From: Chrysomallon squamiferum
Lineage: Eukaryota; Animalia; Mollusca
Assembly: GCA_012295275.1 (NCBI GenBank)
Contig: CM022675.1
Location: 3,720,001 to 3,784,000, forward strand
Direction: 5' to 3'
Length of the DNA: 64,000 bases
Position numbers and translations under genes: made by a program. This document shows positions 14,885-28,100 of the stretch, piece by piece (the stretch's first letter is position 1; the number at the start of each line of letters is the position of its first letter). The notes under the pieces are model-generated. The model was not told where the DNA came from, did no database searches, and worked only from the letters and a program-made list of their open reading frames with translations.

Positions 14885-15030
14885 TGTTAGACTGAAGGAG
14901 AAAACTAGAGAATTGTTTGACTGATGGAGAATACGAGAGAATTGTTAGATTGATGGAGAATACGAGAGAATTGTTTGATTGATGGAGAATACGAGAGAAT
15001 TGTTAGATTGATGGAGAATACGAGAGAATT
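14885..15030. repeat. 29-bp tandem repeat, about 5 copies
   Basis: Unit gagaattgtt(t/a)gattgatggagaatacga repeated head-to-tail; T/A variants alternate. Confidence 0.9.
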
Positions 15031-16199
15031 TATCAGTTTGTTGTTACTGTGTCATTAAATAAATCAATTTTTAATTTTAAGAAAACATTTTAAAATGTCA
15101 CTGAAATCCCAGATACCTGACATTCAGCAGCGTTTGAAAAAATGTAATCAATTAATATAAGTTTTCTTATTAAATGAAATACATTTTATCTTCGTGTGGT
15201 AGAAATTACAGATGTTTGGCCTTCGATAATCAACGGCAGAGAATAGATTTATGTACTCTTGTGGTTTTGTCGAATAAAACAACCTTTAATTTGAACATAA
15301 AATGAATAAAAACCGATTAAACGAAAATCCGACATTGACGTTTCAATGGTTTGAGTTTTTTTTAAATGTGTTACAGTGTTGAGGTTAAATAACAAATAAT
15401 CTATGTATGCCAGACATTTCGAATTAATCTACACGTCTTAGTAGTTTTGTCAAACAAAACAAACTTGAGCTTAAGGGCTAAAAACTAGAACTGAGACTGA
15501 AATGTTTGACATCTATCAGCGATCATAGAAAATGTCTCAATGTCGTCTAGTGGTTCTAATGTTTTTTTTTTTTTTTTTTTTCTTTTTCAAATAAATGTCA
15601 GCATCCCCTATGTTAAATTTTCTAAAGGTCATTTATCAGTATTTATAAATAAATAGCTCCCTCTATATTTTCACAGCACGAGAAGGGGGCGCTACTACAC
15701 AGCTGAAAATCACTATACTAACGATCTCGTTAATCGAAACTAGGGGAAGTCTTCTTTTAAAAAGTCTAAAAAAAAAGACACGTCGTTAGTAACAGACAAT
15801 AAATAATGAGTAGACTTTTCAGTGTTATTAATAAAACAGACTTGAACTAAACAAACTTTGATTGAAATATTAAAAAGCAAACTAAACAAAACTGATCAAT
15901 TTGTTCTTGAAAATCTTTCTCACATGGAGTAAGGGCTCAATACAGTTATGTTCTGCTTTGTCAAAAAACATTAGATTTCAGGGGTTTTGGGGTATCAAGA
16001 AGTCAGCGACAATGACGTAATCAGTTTGATACTTGTGAATTAAAACAGATTTTGACTGCTGCACCACAGAATTATCAACCAATAAACATTTAACAAAGTT
16101 GGATAATCGCTTGAGTAAAATAAATTTTATATTTAATATGAGATTATAGATTATGATATAATATTACATTTCTCACAGATGGATAATAATTGACCACAA

Positions 16200-16560
16200 T
16201 GTTCTAGTGATTCCACTTCAGTAAAATAAACTTTAAATTAGATTTTAAATTATAAATTTTTGCAGAATATTATATGAATTTTTGATAATTGACAGATATA
16301 TTCTACTGATTTCGTTTCAGTAAAATAAAGTTTAAATTTAACATAAGACTGCATATTTTGACAGAATGTTACATATAGTTTGACAAATCATCAGTAATTT
16401 CTACTGACTTCGTTTCAGTAAAATAAAAGTTTAATTTTAACTTCAGATTATAAATTATGAGAAAATATTGAATTTCTCAAAAGTTAGACAATTAATTAGT
16501 ATGTTTTATTGATTTCGTTTCAGTAAAATGAGGTTTAAATTTGACTTTAGACTATAAATT
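16200..16560. repeat. ~100-bp tandem repeat, about 4 diverged copies
   Basis: ttctactgatttcgtttcagtaaaataaagtttaaattt-like blocks recur near 16202, 16301, 16399 and 16504. Confidence 0.8.
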
Positions 16561-16998
16561 ACGGTTTATACTAAATGTTCTCAGTATTGGAGAATCAATC
16601 ATCGTGTTCTGATGATTAAATGAAACAAAGTTAAAGCACAACAGAGAAGTTTCAGTACAGAACAATTACATACAGCAGGTAAAAAATAAGAGAAAGATTT
16701 TGAGTACACAAATATCTGCTTTTTTTTTTTCTTCTTTTTGATCAGTTATGATGAGAGATGTTCGATTGTATTATTTTTTTATTTTTTATTTTTATTTTTT
16801 TTGTCTTGAAGATGTCCTTTCTACGTTCTTTCCCTGCAGGAAATTCATAGATTGATAAAATAAAATAAAAAAAAAAAGAAAGAAAGAAAGAAAGAAAGAA
16901 AGAGAAAGAAACCATCAAAGATGAAACCGTATGACAGACAAAATTTAGGCCTTCTTTATATTTTCTTCTTTTTTAAGTTTTTAGCTTTTACGTTGCTT

Positions 16999-17029
<31 letters not shown>

Positions 17030-17565
17030 TGATTGTTTAGTTTCATCATCTTTGCCCTTTGTCTTTTCTCCTTTACTTTTTTTTTTTTCTTAAGTTGATG
17101 ATTAAATGTTTTATTCCTTTTATCTGAAAATCGATGAATTGGAAAAAGTAAAGAAACAGAATTTGTATTCAGAATAATTAACTGCGTAGTCCGAAACAGA
17201 ACAAAAAGGTAAGTTAACAGTCGATTTATTTTTATTCTTTTTTCCCTTAATTCTATACTTTTTAAAAAATTTCTTTATTACTTACATTTTAATTATTATT
17301 TTTTGTTAAATAATTAATTATCTCTTTTTTTTTTATTTAATCTTTTTATTAGATGTTTTTTATGATTTTTTTCCTTAAAAACATCTTTTGTTTCTGTTAC
17401 CGTTATCATCTTTTTATTGACTGATTTTTAAGAAATTTTATTTAGCTTTTATTATTATTATTATTACTTCTACTACTACTATTATTATTATTTTTATTAT
17501 TACTATTACTATTATATTTATTCATTTATATTTTTTTCTAATGCATTGTAATTGGTTCATGAAAA

Positions 17566-17790
17566 GTTACATTTTGTTTGCTGTTTATGGGAGGGTGTGT
17601 AAATAAAGAATATTTTTAGCTAACTATTAAGGAATGTTGTATTTTGAAAATTTTGATTGGTGATATTGCTAATATCAGTTTAATAGTGGAATTCTTTGCT
17701 GTTTTCAAATTGTGATGTGATGTGATACTTATCACAATGTTTACTGATTACTCAGTGGATGTCTTCTTTTATACAAATGTGAAAAGTTTC
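17566..17790 (+). repeat. Unclassified dispersed repeat (second copy at 60882-61145)
   Basis: ctgtttatgggagggtgtgtaaataaa...gattggtgatattgct...cagtttaatagtggaatt...ttcttttatacaaatgt is shared with 60882-61145 in the same orientation. Confidence 0.8.
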
Positions 17791-18563
17791 TTTTTTTATA
17801 TTGTTTAATATTGCATTTTTTCCTTTCTCACTATGATTTTAATATTATGAATGTTTTTTCTGATTTTGCTCGTTTTTTTCCCCTTTTCTCTCATGTTTTT
17901 TTTTCCTTACTTATTAAAAAAAAAAAAAAAAAACATTTTGATACATGGCGAAATAACACGCTTGACTGCAATGACGTCATAACTCTAAGTAAATCGATGA
18001 CAATACACCAGACGATACCTTTTTTTTTTTATAAGAACATTTTTCATTTCTAAGAAATTAAAATTATGACTGTCGTTCCAGGTTGCCACCCGTATTGATT
18101 AATGATATTTGATATGTTAACATATTTTTATGCTTAGCAACAAAACATACGCAGAGACAGACACACGCACGCACGTACGCTCACACACGGAACATCCATC
18201 CATACATCCATAAATACATTCTTACACACGTAAATACTCACACACAAACATATTATCTATCTATCTAAAAGTCTATCTGTCTGTCTGCCTGTCTGCAATC
18301 TGTGTGTCTATCTACCTCTCCATTATTCAGTCCATTAGGTCGTATATCTATATTCCTTTTCAGTCCACTGAATCCCACCCTCTCTCTCTCTGTCTCTCTG
18401 TGTCTCTTTCTCTACTGTCTCTCTCTGTGTTTATCTATTACTAGCAGTATTGTGCGCCTGTCTGTAAATTTGTACATGTATCACATGGTAATTACTTAAT
18501 GATATGTATTCAACTAAAAAAAAAAAAAAAACAAACAAACAAAACAAAAAACGTTCTTCTTAC

Positions 18564-18811
18564 CTTTCTTCCAAATTGTTATCTCTCATGGGTGATCGTT
18601 TTCCATATCTGAAGGGCATGCGCGAACCCGCTCGCTTGATCGTCTGCTTCAACAGCCTGTCGACCCGACATCGGCACAGTGACGTCATCGGATTCTCAGC
18701 GCATTCGATTGTACAGTCTACGTATCTGTCCCACAGGGACCGCGAGTACACTCCTGTGTGCAGACAAACCGTGGACACGAAAAGTAAGAAGATGGCAATT
18801 CGTGGCGTCAT
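18564..18811 (-). CDS. Neuropeptide precursor, main coding exon (CCRFamide-like: Cys-rich peptide plus AGSRMPFRYamide)
   Basis: Acceptor ctactttCAG (18820-18818), ATG at 18811, donor AG|GTAAG at 18563. Translation: MTPRIAIFLLFVSTVCLHTGVYS (hydrophobic signal peptide) RSLWDRYVDCTIECAENPMTSLCRCRVDRLLKQTI-KR-AGSRMPFRY-G-KR-SPMRDNNLEE. It has dibasic cleavage sites and a Gly amidation donor. The family name is from recalled architecture only. Confidence 0.85.
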
Positions 18812-18965
18812 GTTCCTCTGAAAGTAGACAGATGTACAGTTAGGTAACTGGGTGGTTGAATCGAAGAAAGAAAGAAAGAATGAATGAATGAAGAAAATGA
18901 ATAAACAACATAACCTGTACATAAATAAACTTACACACACATGCACACAGACAGACAGACAGACA

Positions 18966-19007
<42 letters not shown>

Positions 19008-20534
19008 GATAGATATATAGATAGATAAAGAGAGAGATAGAGATGAATGGATGGATGAATGGGCGGACGGAGAGACAAAACGACAGACAGACAGACAGAT
19101 ACATGAAAAGGTATACTTTTATGTAAACTGAAATATGTATAAATTCTAATGAAACAGTTATATTTAAATTATTTTTTATGGTTTCGTTCTAGCTAGAAAT
19201 TAGTCATGAAAAAAATGGTTTTAGAAATATTTACAGAACTCAGTACTCTCAAAATGTGACGTAATACATGTTTTTCCCATTTAGTACAGTATAACGCGAA
19301 ACATTAACATAATGATAATAAAGAAAGGAATTAAAATGGTTAGAAAACGATTGAAAACTTTAAAGTGTTATTAATACGAAGAATCAGGCTAAATGCATTC
19401 TGCTACTTCTAAGTTATTTTTATTTGTTTTTAGATGTCCAATCTTATTTAATAACCACATATAATACTAAAAGAGTGCAGCCATTTTTTATTTATTCATT
19501 TTTTTTTAATTATTATTATATTTTTATTATTAAAGTTATGACATCATCACACAAGAGCGGATCGACTTGAACTAAAGTTTTTTGTATTTTTTTTCTGTTG
19601 TTGGAAACATGCACTATTCCGCCATTACACAATGACGTCACAGCTGCACTTGGCGGTCTTCAAATGTTTTGTAACAGTTTCATTTTATTGCTAAACTTTG
19701 TTATTAGCAAAGACAGGACGCCTAAAACAATAAAATGACTACTTGAAAGGATATCAGATCGTCTGTTCATACTGACACAGATTAGTAGTACGTTTTATGT
19801 TTATTTTCAGTTTTGTTGAAAACGTTTGTTAATTGAAAAACTGTTGAGTTCACTCTTGGCTCTGTCACTTGACAGTCTCGCTTTCAGTTTCCACACGCAG
19901 TTGACAACTTGAGAATTGAGCGCCTACAATAACCAGGACGATTCATCGTTTTTCAAACAAACAGAGAAAAAATGACACTTGATATTTCGAATCTGAACAA
20001 CTCAGCTTGAACAATTAGATGTGAGCGTGTGCGTGTATGTGTGTGTACGTGTATGTGTGTGTATGGGCGTCTAGGTGGTGTGTTTATGTGTGTGTATTTG
20101 TGTGAGTATATAATGTGTGTATACATGTGTATGTGTGCTCAGTTAAGATAGGCAGAAAGAATAAGGCTGATAAACAGAAATATATAAACAGTGAGAAACG
20201 GATACAAACAAACATACAGATAGACAGATGGATAGGCAGAGATAGATAAACACATAGATAGATAAATAGATAGACAGATAGATAGATAGACTGACTGATA
20301 GATTGACAGATAGCCAGACAGATAAACATATGGATGGTTGGACAGAAACATGCATACGTACATAAGTAAAAACACACAGATATAAACACACACACACACA
20401 CACGCATATACGCAAAGTACACAACACTTTATTTTTGTCTTCCTTTTATGTCCACCTACGTTTTTATTTGTTTTGTTTTTTAAATGTTAAGAGAATCTAA
20501 CAAAATGCAGTTTTGATTGCTGTTGAGAATTACA

Positions 20535-20617
20535 TATTTATCAGATCTGTCCTTTTGGGGTTCTTCTTCTTTGAAGTGGTCTGAGCTGGAGTTCAGAGTT
20601 ATCGAACTTGAAGTTGT
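20535..20617 (-). other. Candidate 5'UTR exon of the neuropeptide gene
   Basis: Minus strand reads tcttctttCAG|ACAACTTC...ATAAATAT|GTAATT around a non-repetitive island. Confidence 0.4.
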
Positions 20618-20739
20618 CTGAAAGAAGACTTTAAAAATCTACTTGTAGAATCCTTTACAGACTGGACAAAACGCTCAAAAGAAAAATCTTGTACGAAAGT
20701 AACAAAAAGAAAATGTAATATTCCGCTGTTACAGTTACA

Positions 20740-20941
20740 TACTGATGTTTATATAAAATCAATATCAAATATTGATGTTTATAAATTTAATATTAAATAT
20801 TGATGTTTATAAATTTAATATTAAATATTGATGTTTATAAATTTAATATTACACACTGATTTTATGAATGTAATGTTAAATACTGTTGCTTTTAAATTTG
20901 ATGTTTAAAATATAGATGTTTAAAATCTGTGTTAAATATTG

Positions 20942-20978
<37 letters not shown>

Positions 20979-21000
20979 AATGTTTATAAATTTAATATCT
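20740..21000. repeat. ~28-bp AT-rich tandem repeat
   Basis: tattgatgtttataaatttaatattaaa repeated several times, degenerating at both ends. Confidence 0.75.
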
Positions 21001-21464
21001 ACAGGATATACTGAACAATATTTTTTTTATAAGAAATTCAAAAATTTAAACAATAACAATAGGAAATCAGATTAAGAATTTAGACAGATAATTATATAGT
21101 ATGTTATTTGTTACGCTATTTATTCACACAAATACACTTCATATCAAAGTAGATAAATCATCCTGAATTTATTTATTCTAAAAACACGTAAATGTCCGTT
21201 ACAAAAACAGACGAGCCAGTCCGATACAATATTCTGATTCGGTTCTCAGCAATTAAATAAAAAAAAAGGCTCTGCGCATGACTGGAAGAATTGTACGACT
21301 TGGAAATCCACTCAGCGGACTCTCATCGTAAACCCGTTGGCCGTGTTGTGGAATTAAAACCTACGTTTAAGTTTTAACATTTATTTCTAGCCTGACCTAT
21401 TTTCTCTGACTTTCACAAGCGGAACAAGCGGTGGAATTCAGAAGAATTTATTTAAAATAAAATA

Positions 21465-21504
<40 letters not shown>

Positions 21505-24069
21505 GAACGCCAGTTCTTAAAGGGACATCAACGTAATATTTGACGATTTGTAATTTTATTTTAAATTTATATATTCTTGGAAAGATTGTTTATATATTCG
21601 TTTGTGTCTGTGTGTTTACTTGCAGACTCGCAGAATTTAATGGTCTTTACAGTAAATAATAACAACAACAAGAACAACAACAACAACAATAACAACAACA
21701 ACAACAACAACAACACCGCCAACACCAGCAGCAGCAGCAGCAACAACAACAACAACAACAATAATAATAATGAAAACACCACAACAATTATACTACAAAC
21801 TGAATTGTACCCGAAACATCTTTAACGCCCACTGTTATATTTCCCGTTCTAGACAGCACCACACAGATTGTTTATCTAACGTCTTGTCTGTGCGAATCTG
21901 TATGTAAAATATGTTGATAATCAATTTGACTGTTTGAAGGCGGACAGCGCGTTTCCTCTCTAATTATTTGTATTAACAGTGTGAATGACGTCACATGGAT
22001 CAAACACAAGTTATTACACACAAGCAATCAAACTGACGGTTTAAATGTTTTGCTTTCTGTGTTTTTCAAACTGTAAATGACAAGTTTGTGACGAGGGCAG
22101 GTTTAAGCTGTCACTGGGGACAGACAGCTGATTTCTCAGTCGTGTCTAAATAAAACAACAGCACGATTACAATAACACGCTTTAATTCGACCGCAGAAAC
22201 GAAGCAGAATTTACGATAAACTCGACAGAATAACACCAACATTAACTCGTTTTGAGGCGGAACCTTCCCGCTCTTTTTCTCGTCAAACTGCCCACTGGTC
22301 ATTCCGTATGCAGATTTGCCCGGTTTAGAATGAAATCATGTCGATAAAGGGTGTTATTTGTTCCTCATGTTAATACTTCTACGTCAAAATCTTTTTTTTT
22401 TTTTTTTTTTGCAGGTTTCAAAGTTCAAAATTAACTAGAGAAAATTGACGTCTGCTTGAAGGATAACGATGATAATGTTGATAAAGACGATAATAATCGC
22501 AAAAAATAATAGTGTTAACGATGAAAGTACCTATTCTACTACCACCATCAATACTGCCATTGCTATTACTACAACTAATTCAGCTACTACTACTACTACT
22601 ATTACTACAACACAATAACAACTATTACTACTACTACTACTGCTGCTAATAATGATAATCATGTCATCATGGTAATGAAGTGAAAAAAAAAAGATCTAAT
22701 GATAATGATGTTGATAAAAATACTGCTACCAGCAATACCAACGCTATCATCATTGCTATTACTACTAATACTACTGCTAGTATTACTATTACCACTATAA
22801 CTGCTGCTGCTGCTGCTGCTACTACTACTACTACTACTACTACTACGATTAAAACTACTACAGACAGAGAATAACGGTTAATATTAAAATATGTTAGGGT
22901 GTCTTCAAACATTAATTAATTTATTCATTCATTTATTCATTTAATCCATTTATTCATTTAATTCATTCATCCATTCATGCACTCATTCATTTCATTTCCT
23001 TCCTTCATTCATTCATTCAGTCATCCATTCATTTCATTATGTACTAACGTAACAAGGTTTATAAGTAACAGTCTTAAGATGCTGTCACACAAAACAACTT
23101 TTAGCGCACATCTTCTACTGAAATCTTAAACGCGAGTTGTTTTCATGCTTTACCAAATATGGCGGAAACTGCAGACGACGGAAACGGCGAAACAAGAGGG
23201 CGTTGCCGGGCTATCCGTCTTTGCGCTGTTGAGTGGGGCAGGGAAAAACAGTTCAAAGCAACATTTGTAAAACATCGATTAAAATCACGTCTATTGTAAA
23301 CCACACGAACGTGTTCTACTGTTACAACATAGATACGTAGCAGTGAACGTTCACGTGATGGTATCACAAGCGTTACAAAACGTGATTTTTCTGAAATTCT
23401 TCGGTAGAAGCAATAAAGAAAGAAAATAATGAACTAACTAACTAGCTAACTAACAAACTAACTAAATGAATGAATAGATGAATAAACAAATATAATAAAA
23501 TAACTAGAAACAATAGTAATAATAATAAAATAATCTTACACTAATAAATCAATAAATAAATAAATAAATAATACTGCTGATATTAGTGTACACACAATAC
23601 ACGTGATTCTAAACAACAACAACAACAACCAAAAAGTAAATAAATAAATAAAAATACACGTAATTTTACTCAGTACACTAAAATATTACTGAGCATGTTA
23701 CACTAATGAACGGGCAGTACACGTGATATTAGTGAATGCACGGTATGAATCTGCATGCAACGCACGTGATTACCTGTGAAATGTGTCACAGTTAGGCCAA
23801 CAACACAAATATTTTGTTTTAAGTGTCATCACGTCTCACAAATTGGATTGACATTTACAGACTCGCCACATATGTCTCTGAACCGTGAGGAATTACATTA
23901 CTAAAACTTTTATGTACTACACACCTACGAAAATGAATAAATAAATACATAAATAACTAAATAACTAAATAAACAAATAATTAAAATAAAATAAAATAAA
24001 ATAAAATAAATAAGCAAACAAATATAAATAATCCAAAAATAACAATAACAATAACAATAAATAAACAAC

Positions 24070-24128
<59 letters not shown>

Positions 24129-24903
24129 TTACAATTACAATAACAACAGCAACAACAGCAACAACAACACTAATAATATTAAATTAACAATTAAAAATTT
24201 CTAAAACCTAAATTAAAAACATCAGTCTTCACTTATCTATTATCTTTTCACTTATCTATTATCTATTTGTCTTAAATGTCGTCTTATGAAAGGAAAAAAC
24301 AAGAAGGTTAAAATAATAATAAATAAAAATAGATGAAAACGAAATAATGTGAAAATGAAGCAGACAGATGGAAGAATCTACACCGATTTAACCGAGTTTT
24401 TATTTAACTTTTTGTTTAAAGATGTCGCCTGGCAGTTTCAAGTTGAGTATGACGTCATGTAAAAGAGTTCAAACTTCCAGAGTCACGTACGTTAGCGGTG
24501 ATGAAAGGTTTTTAACAAGGCTTTGACACATGAGACGTGCAGATTTTTAAAATTATGAATTATGAAAACAAAAGTAAAAATAAAAAAGAATAAAAATAAT
24601 AATAATAAAAAAATACCACTAAAACATAAAAGAAAAAAAAAAGAAAAAAAAAATGTATGGACGCGATTTGATGTTTCAGCTGCTGCTTATTAAAAAAAAT
24701 AAAATAGAAGGACTTAAATATAGATTTTTATTTTTATTTTAAAACGAATTAAGAATAAATTCAGTTATTCTTTACACAGACTAGTGGAAGGAAAATTAAA
24801 ATTGTATTCTGTTTTGCAGAGAGAAAAGGAAACATACATACAAACAGACTTACATATATATACATAAAAACATACATACACACAGACGAATATACATATA
24901 TAC

Positions 24904-24934
<31 letters not shown>

Positions 24935-25964
24935 AACACACATACATACATACATATACGCACGTATACACACATACACCCCCCCACAGACACAGACACA
25001 CACACACACACACATACATAAATAATATACCAAACACAGACACACATTTTTCTTTATTTTTAACTTATTTATTTTTAAGCACGCCTGATAATCGAATGTT
25101 TTAAGTAAGGAACAATTGTCGTAATCCAAGGTGTTAAATCAGACGAAGAAATTAATTAGCATTTTAATAATTAATTAACCGTACCTCATTAGTACAGGTC
25201 AGACGTAACAAAGAGAGAGATTCTGGAACAAGAAAACATTCTCGTGTTGGTACTTTTGAAAATAACAGATTTTTTTGTTTTTTTAATTTCGATTCATTAC
25301 ATCTTAGTATGAAACAGATACTCGAAGTGAGATGAATATCGTCATCATCGTCATTGTTATCATCATCATCATCATCATCATTATATTGTTGTTGTTCTTG
25401 TTAATATTATTATAGTTGTTGTAATTATTATCGTTGTTGTTGTTGCTGTGGTTACGTTTGTTCTTGTCATTGATATCATTACTGTTATAATGATTTATTT
25501 TTTTTTCATTTTATTGTTGTGGTCGTCGTAATTAAGTATAAATTTATTACCTTTCTTCTTTTTCGCTATGCTTTACGTAATTATTATAATTAAATCTATA
25601 ACTGTGATTATTAAAAACAACATCCTTCGTGTTCGACGTAAATAACTTCAGCAAAAGTGGGAGTGAGCATGAAAGATGAAAATACATTTATTGTACTTTG
25701 CGTAATTCATAGTGGTGGGTAAGTTTGCTGGTGCATGTTTTTTTTTGTTTTTTGTTTTTGTTTTTTTGTTGTTTTTTTACAAGATACGTTTGTTTACACA
25801 CATCATACTGAGGCCATAAGATTAAATTTTTTGTTTTACAGCCAATACCTACATTTAGTAACTAGGTACCGAGATATTTCATTATTGTTGTGCTTGTTGT
25901 TGTCATTTATGTCCATGAAATTTTTTCAACCGAACGGACATTGTTTCTGATTGGTTCAAAATAA

Positions 25965-26014
<50 letters not shown>

Positions 26015-27094
26015 AACAAATGAATGACGAGTAACTAAGAAAATGTATCAGCAGTTTTGAAATTTGTGCGGACGCAAAACACAAACTTCCATTCTAATGG
26101 CTTTACGTTAAATGACGGGGAAATAATTCATTCGTTTTCATTTCATTGGTTACTTAAGAGATATCTGGTATAAACGAATGTTTCCGAACGATTACGAACA
26201 GTTCCGAAATAGCCTACGATTCGAATCGTCAGAACAGAAATTAATTTTTCCTAAAACGAAGCCAATAAATGGAAATAATCAAATCTTTTCAGCCGATGAA
26301 ACTATTGTACATTTGCAGACAAGAGTAATAATATTACTTTATTCTTATTTTTACTTTTCCACACAATAACAGTTTTACATCAATTAATTTTACATCGTTT
26401 TATACTTGACAAAACTTTAAGATGATAAGTAAATGACGAGACATCAAGGGACGAATTCAAAATCTCTGTTACTACCAATATTATTATTAGTACTTGTACT
26501 GATAGAATTACTGCTAATTACTACTAATACTATAACTGCTACTAACACTACTACTGTACTACTACAACCACCACTAGTACTGTTACTATTTCTACTAGAA
26601 CTTGTACTAATCCTATCAGCAGTGCTAATACCTCATTTCTATTACTACTACTACTACTGCTACTACTACTACTACTACTACTACTAGTACTACTTCTTTT
26701 ACTACTGTCATTACTGTTACTGTTACTTGTTAATTAATACTAGTATGTTATTTCTGTAACATTACAACGGTTACGATGTTTACTACTGTAACTGATCTAC
26801 TACTGTTAATCAACTGCTGCTATTACTATTACTGTGACTATTGCTGATACTGCTATCACTACTACTACTATTACTGCCACGAGTACTGCTGTTACTACTG
26901 ATACTATTACCACATTTGATACTGCTACTGTAACTATTCCTGCTAGTATTACTATACTACTACTGCTACAACTACTACTGCCACTGTCGTTGTTGCTGCT
27001 GTTACTGTTATTGATACTGCTACTACTTCATATATATATATATGAAAATAAATGATCACTGTATATATTAAACTTTTAAACATTCTTGTCAGAA

Positions 27095-27185
<91 letters not shown>

Positions 27186-27920
27186 AACAAATTTGTGCTT
27201 ACGCAATGCATTTAATAATAACGAGTTGTGGTTTTATGCGGTAAAATCGAATTTAATATTGAAATAGTCTGTTTTGGTACACGTGACTTAAATGCGTATC
27301 TATTTATTTTGACACATAAAACAATTACACTAATCACACTCAAGACATCGCGAACCAAAGAATTCGATAATAAATTATGAAATAATCCACTGGAAAACGG
27401 CAGGTAATATTCTGTTTCATGTAAAAAAAAAAATAAGAAGAAAAAAATAATAAGAAAAACATTAAAGAAAAAAAAATAGTAATAATAATAATAAGAAAAA
27501 GAAGAAGAAAAGAAAAGAAATAATTAATTTGACAGATAATTAAAAATAATCAAAAACGTCAATATTCATGCTGAGAAAATGTGACGTAAAAAAAGTAAAA
27601 TAAAATTTTGATACATATCTAATTACATTTGCATTTAGTAAACTAAAAGAAAAAAAAAATAACGCGACGCGAAAAAGATACCATTAAAAACAAGACAGTT
27701 AATTCGCAGCTGCAATCAGAAAAAAAAATAAAATAAAATTAATAAAAAAAACATTATCTAGAGAAGAAGTATGAAACTAAAATGTTCAGAGGGGGTGGAA
27801 ACAGAATAACGAAATAAAATATCTGATTGTTCTGAAAAAAAAAAAAAAAAAAGAAAAGAATATAGTTATGACGGCGTAACGGAATTAAGTGATACACGGA
27901 AACAGGATAACGGAACTTAC

Positions 27921-28100
27921 CTTCAGAGACGTACTATTTTCCTGACCACACTTCGAACAATACAGCTAGTAACGAGTTGATTTTCGCACGACACGAGGTA
28001 CTAATCCGCACTATAATTTATACACAGGTTTCATCTCAGCCACAGTTCACACACCCACGAAGTGTATGGAACCAAGCCTGACTTAATCGATAAACGAAAC
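27921..28100 (-). other. Candidate first (non-coding) exon of the neuropeptide gene; 5' limit approximate
   Basis: Perfect donor CTGAAG|GTAAGT at 27921/27920 in a CpG-rich unique island, with GTCACGTGAT at 28189-28198 just upstream. Confidence 0.4.

Noticed and set aside
18818-19078. N-terminal ~90 aa of the 172-aa ORF 18560-19078
   Set aside because: Intronic microsatellite read-through; the real exon starts at the acceptor at 18818/18817.
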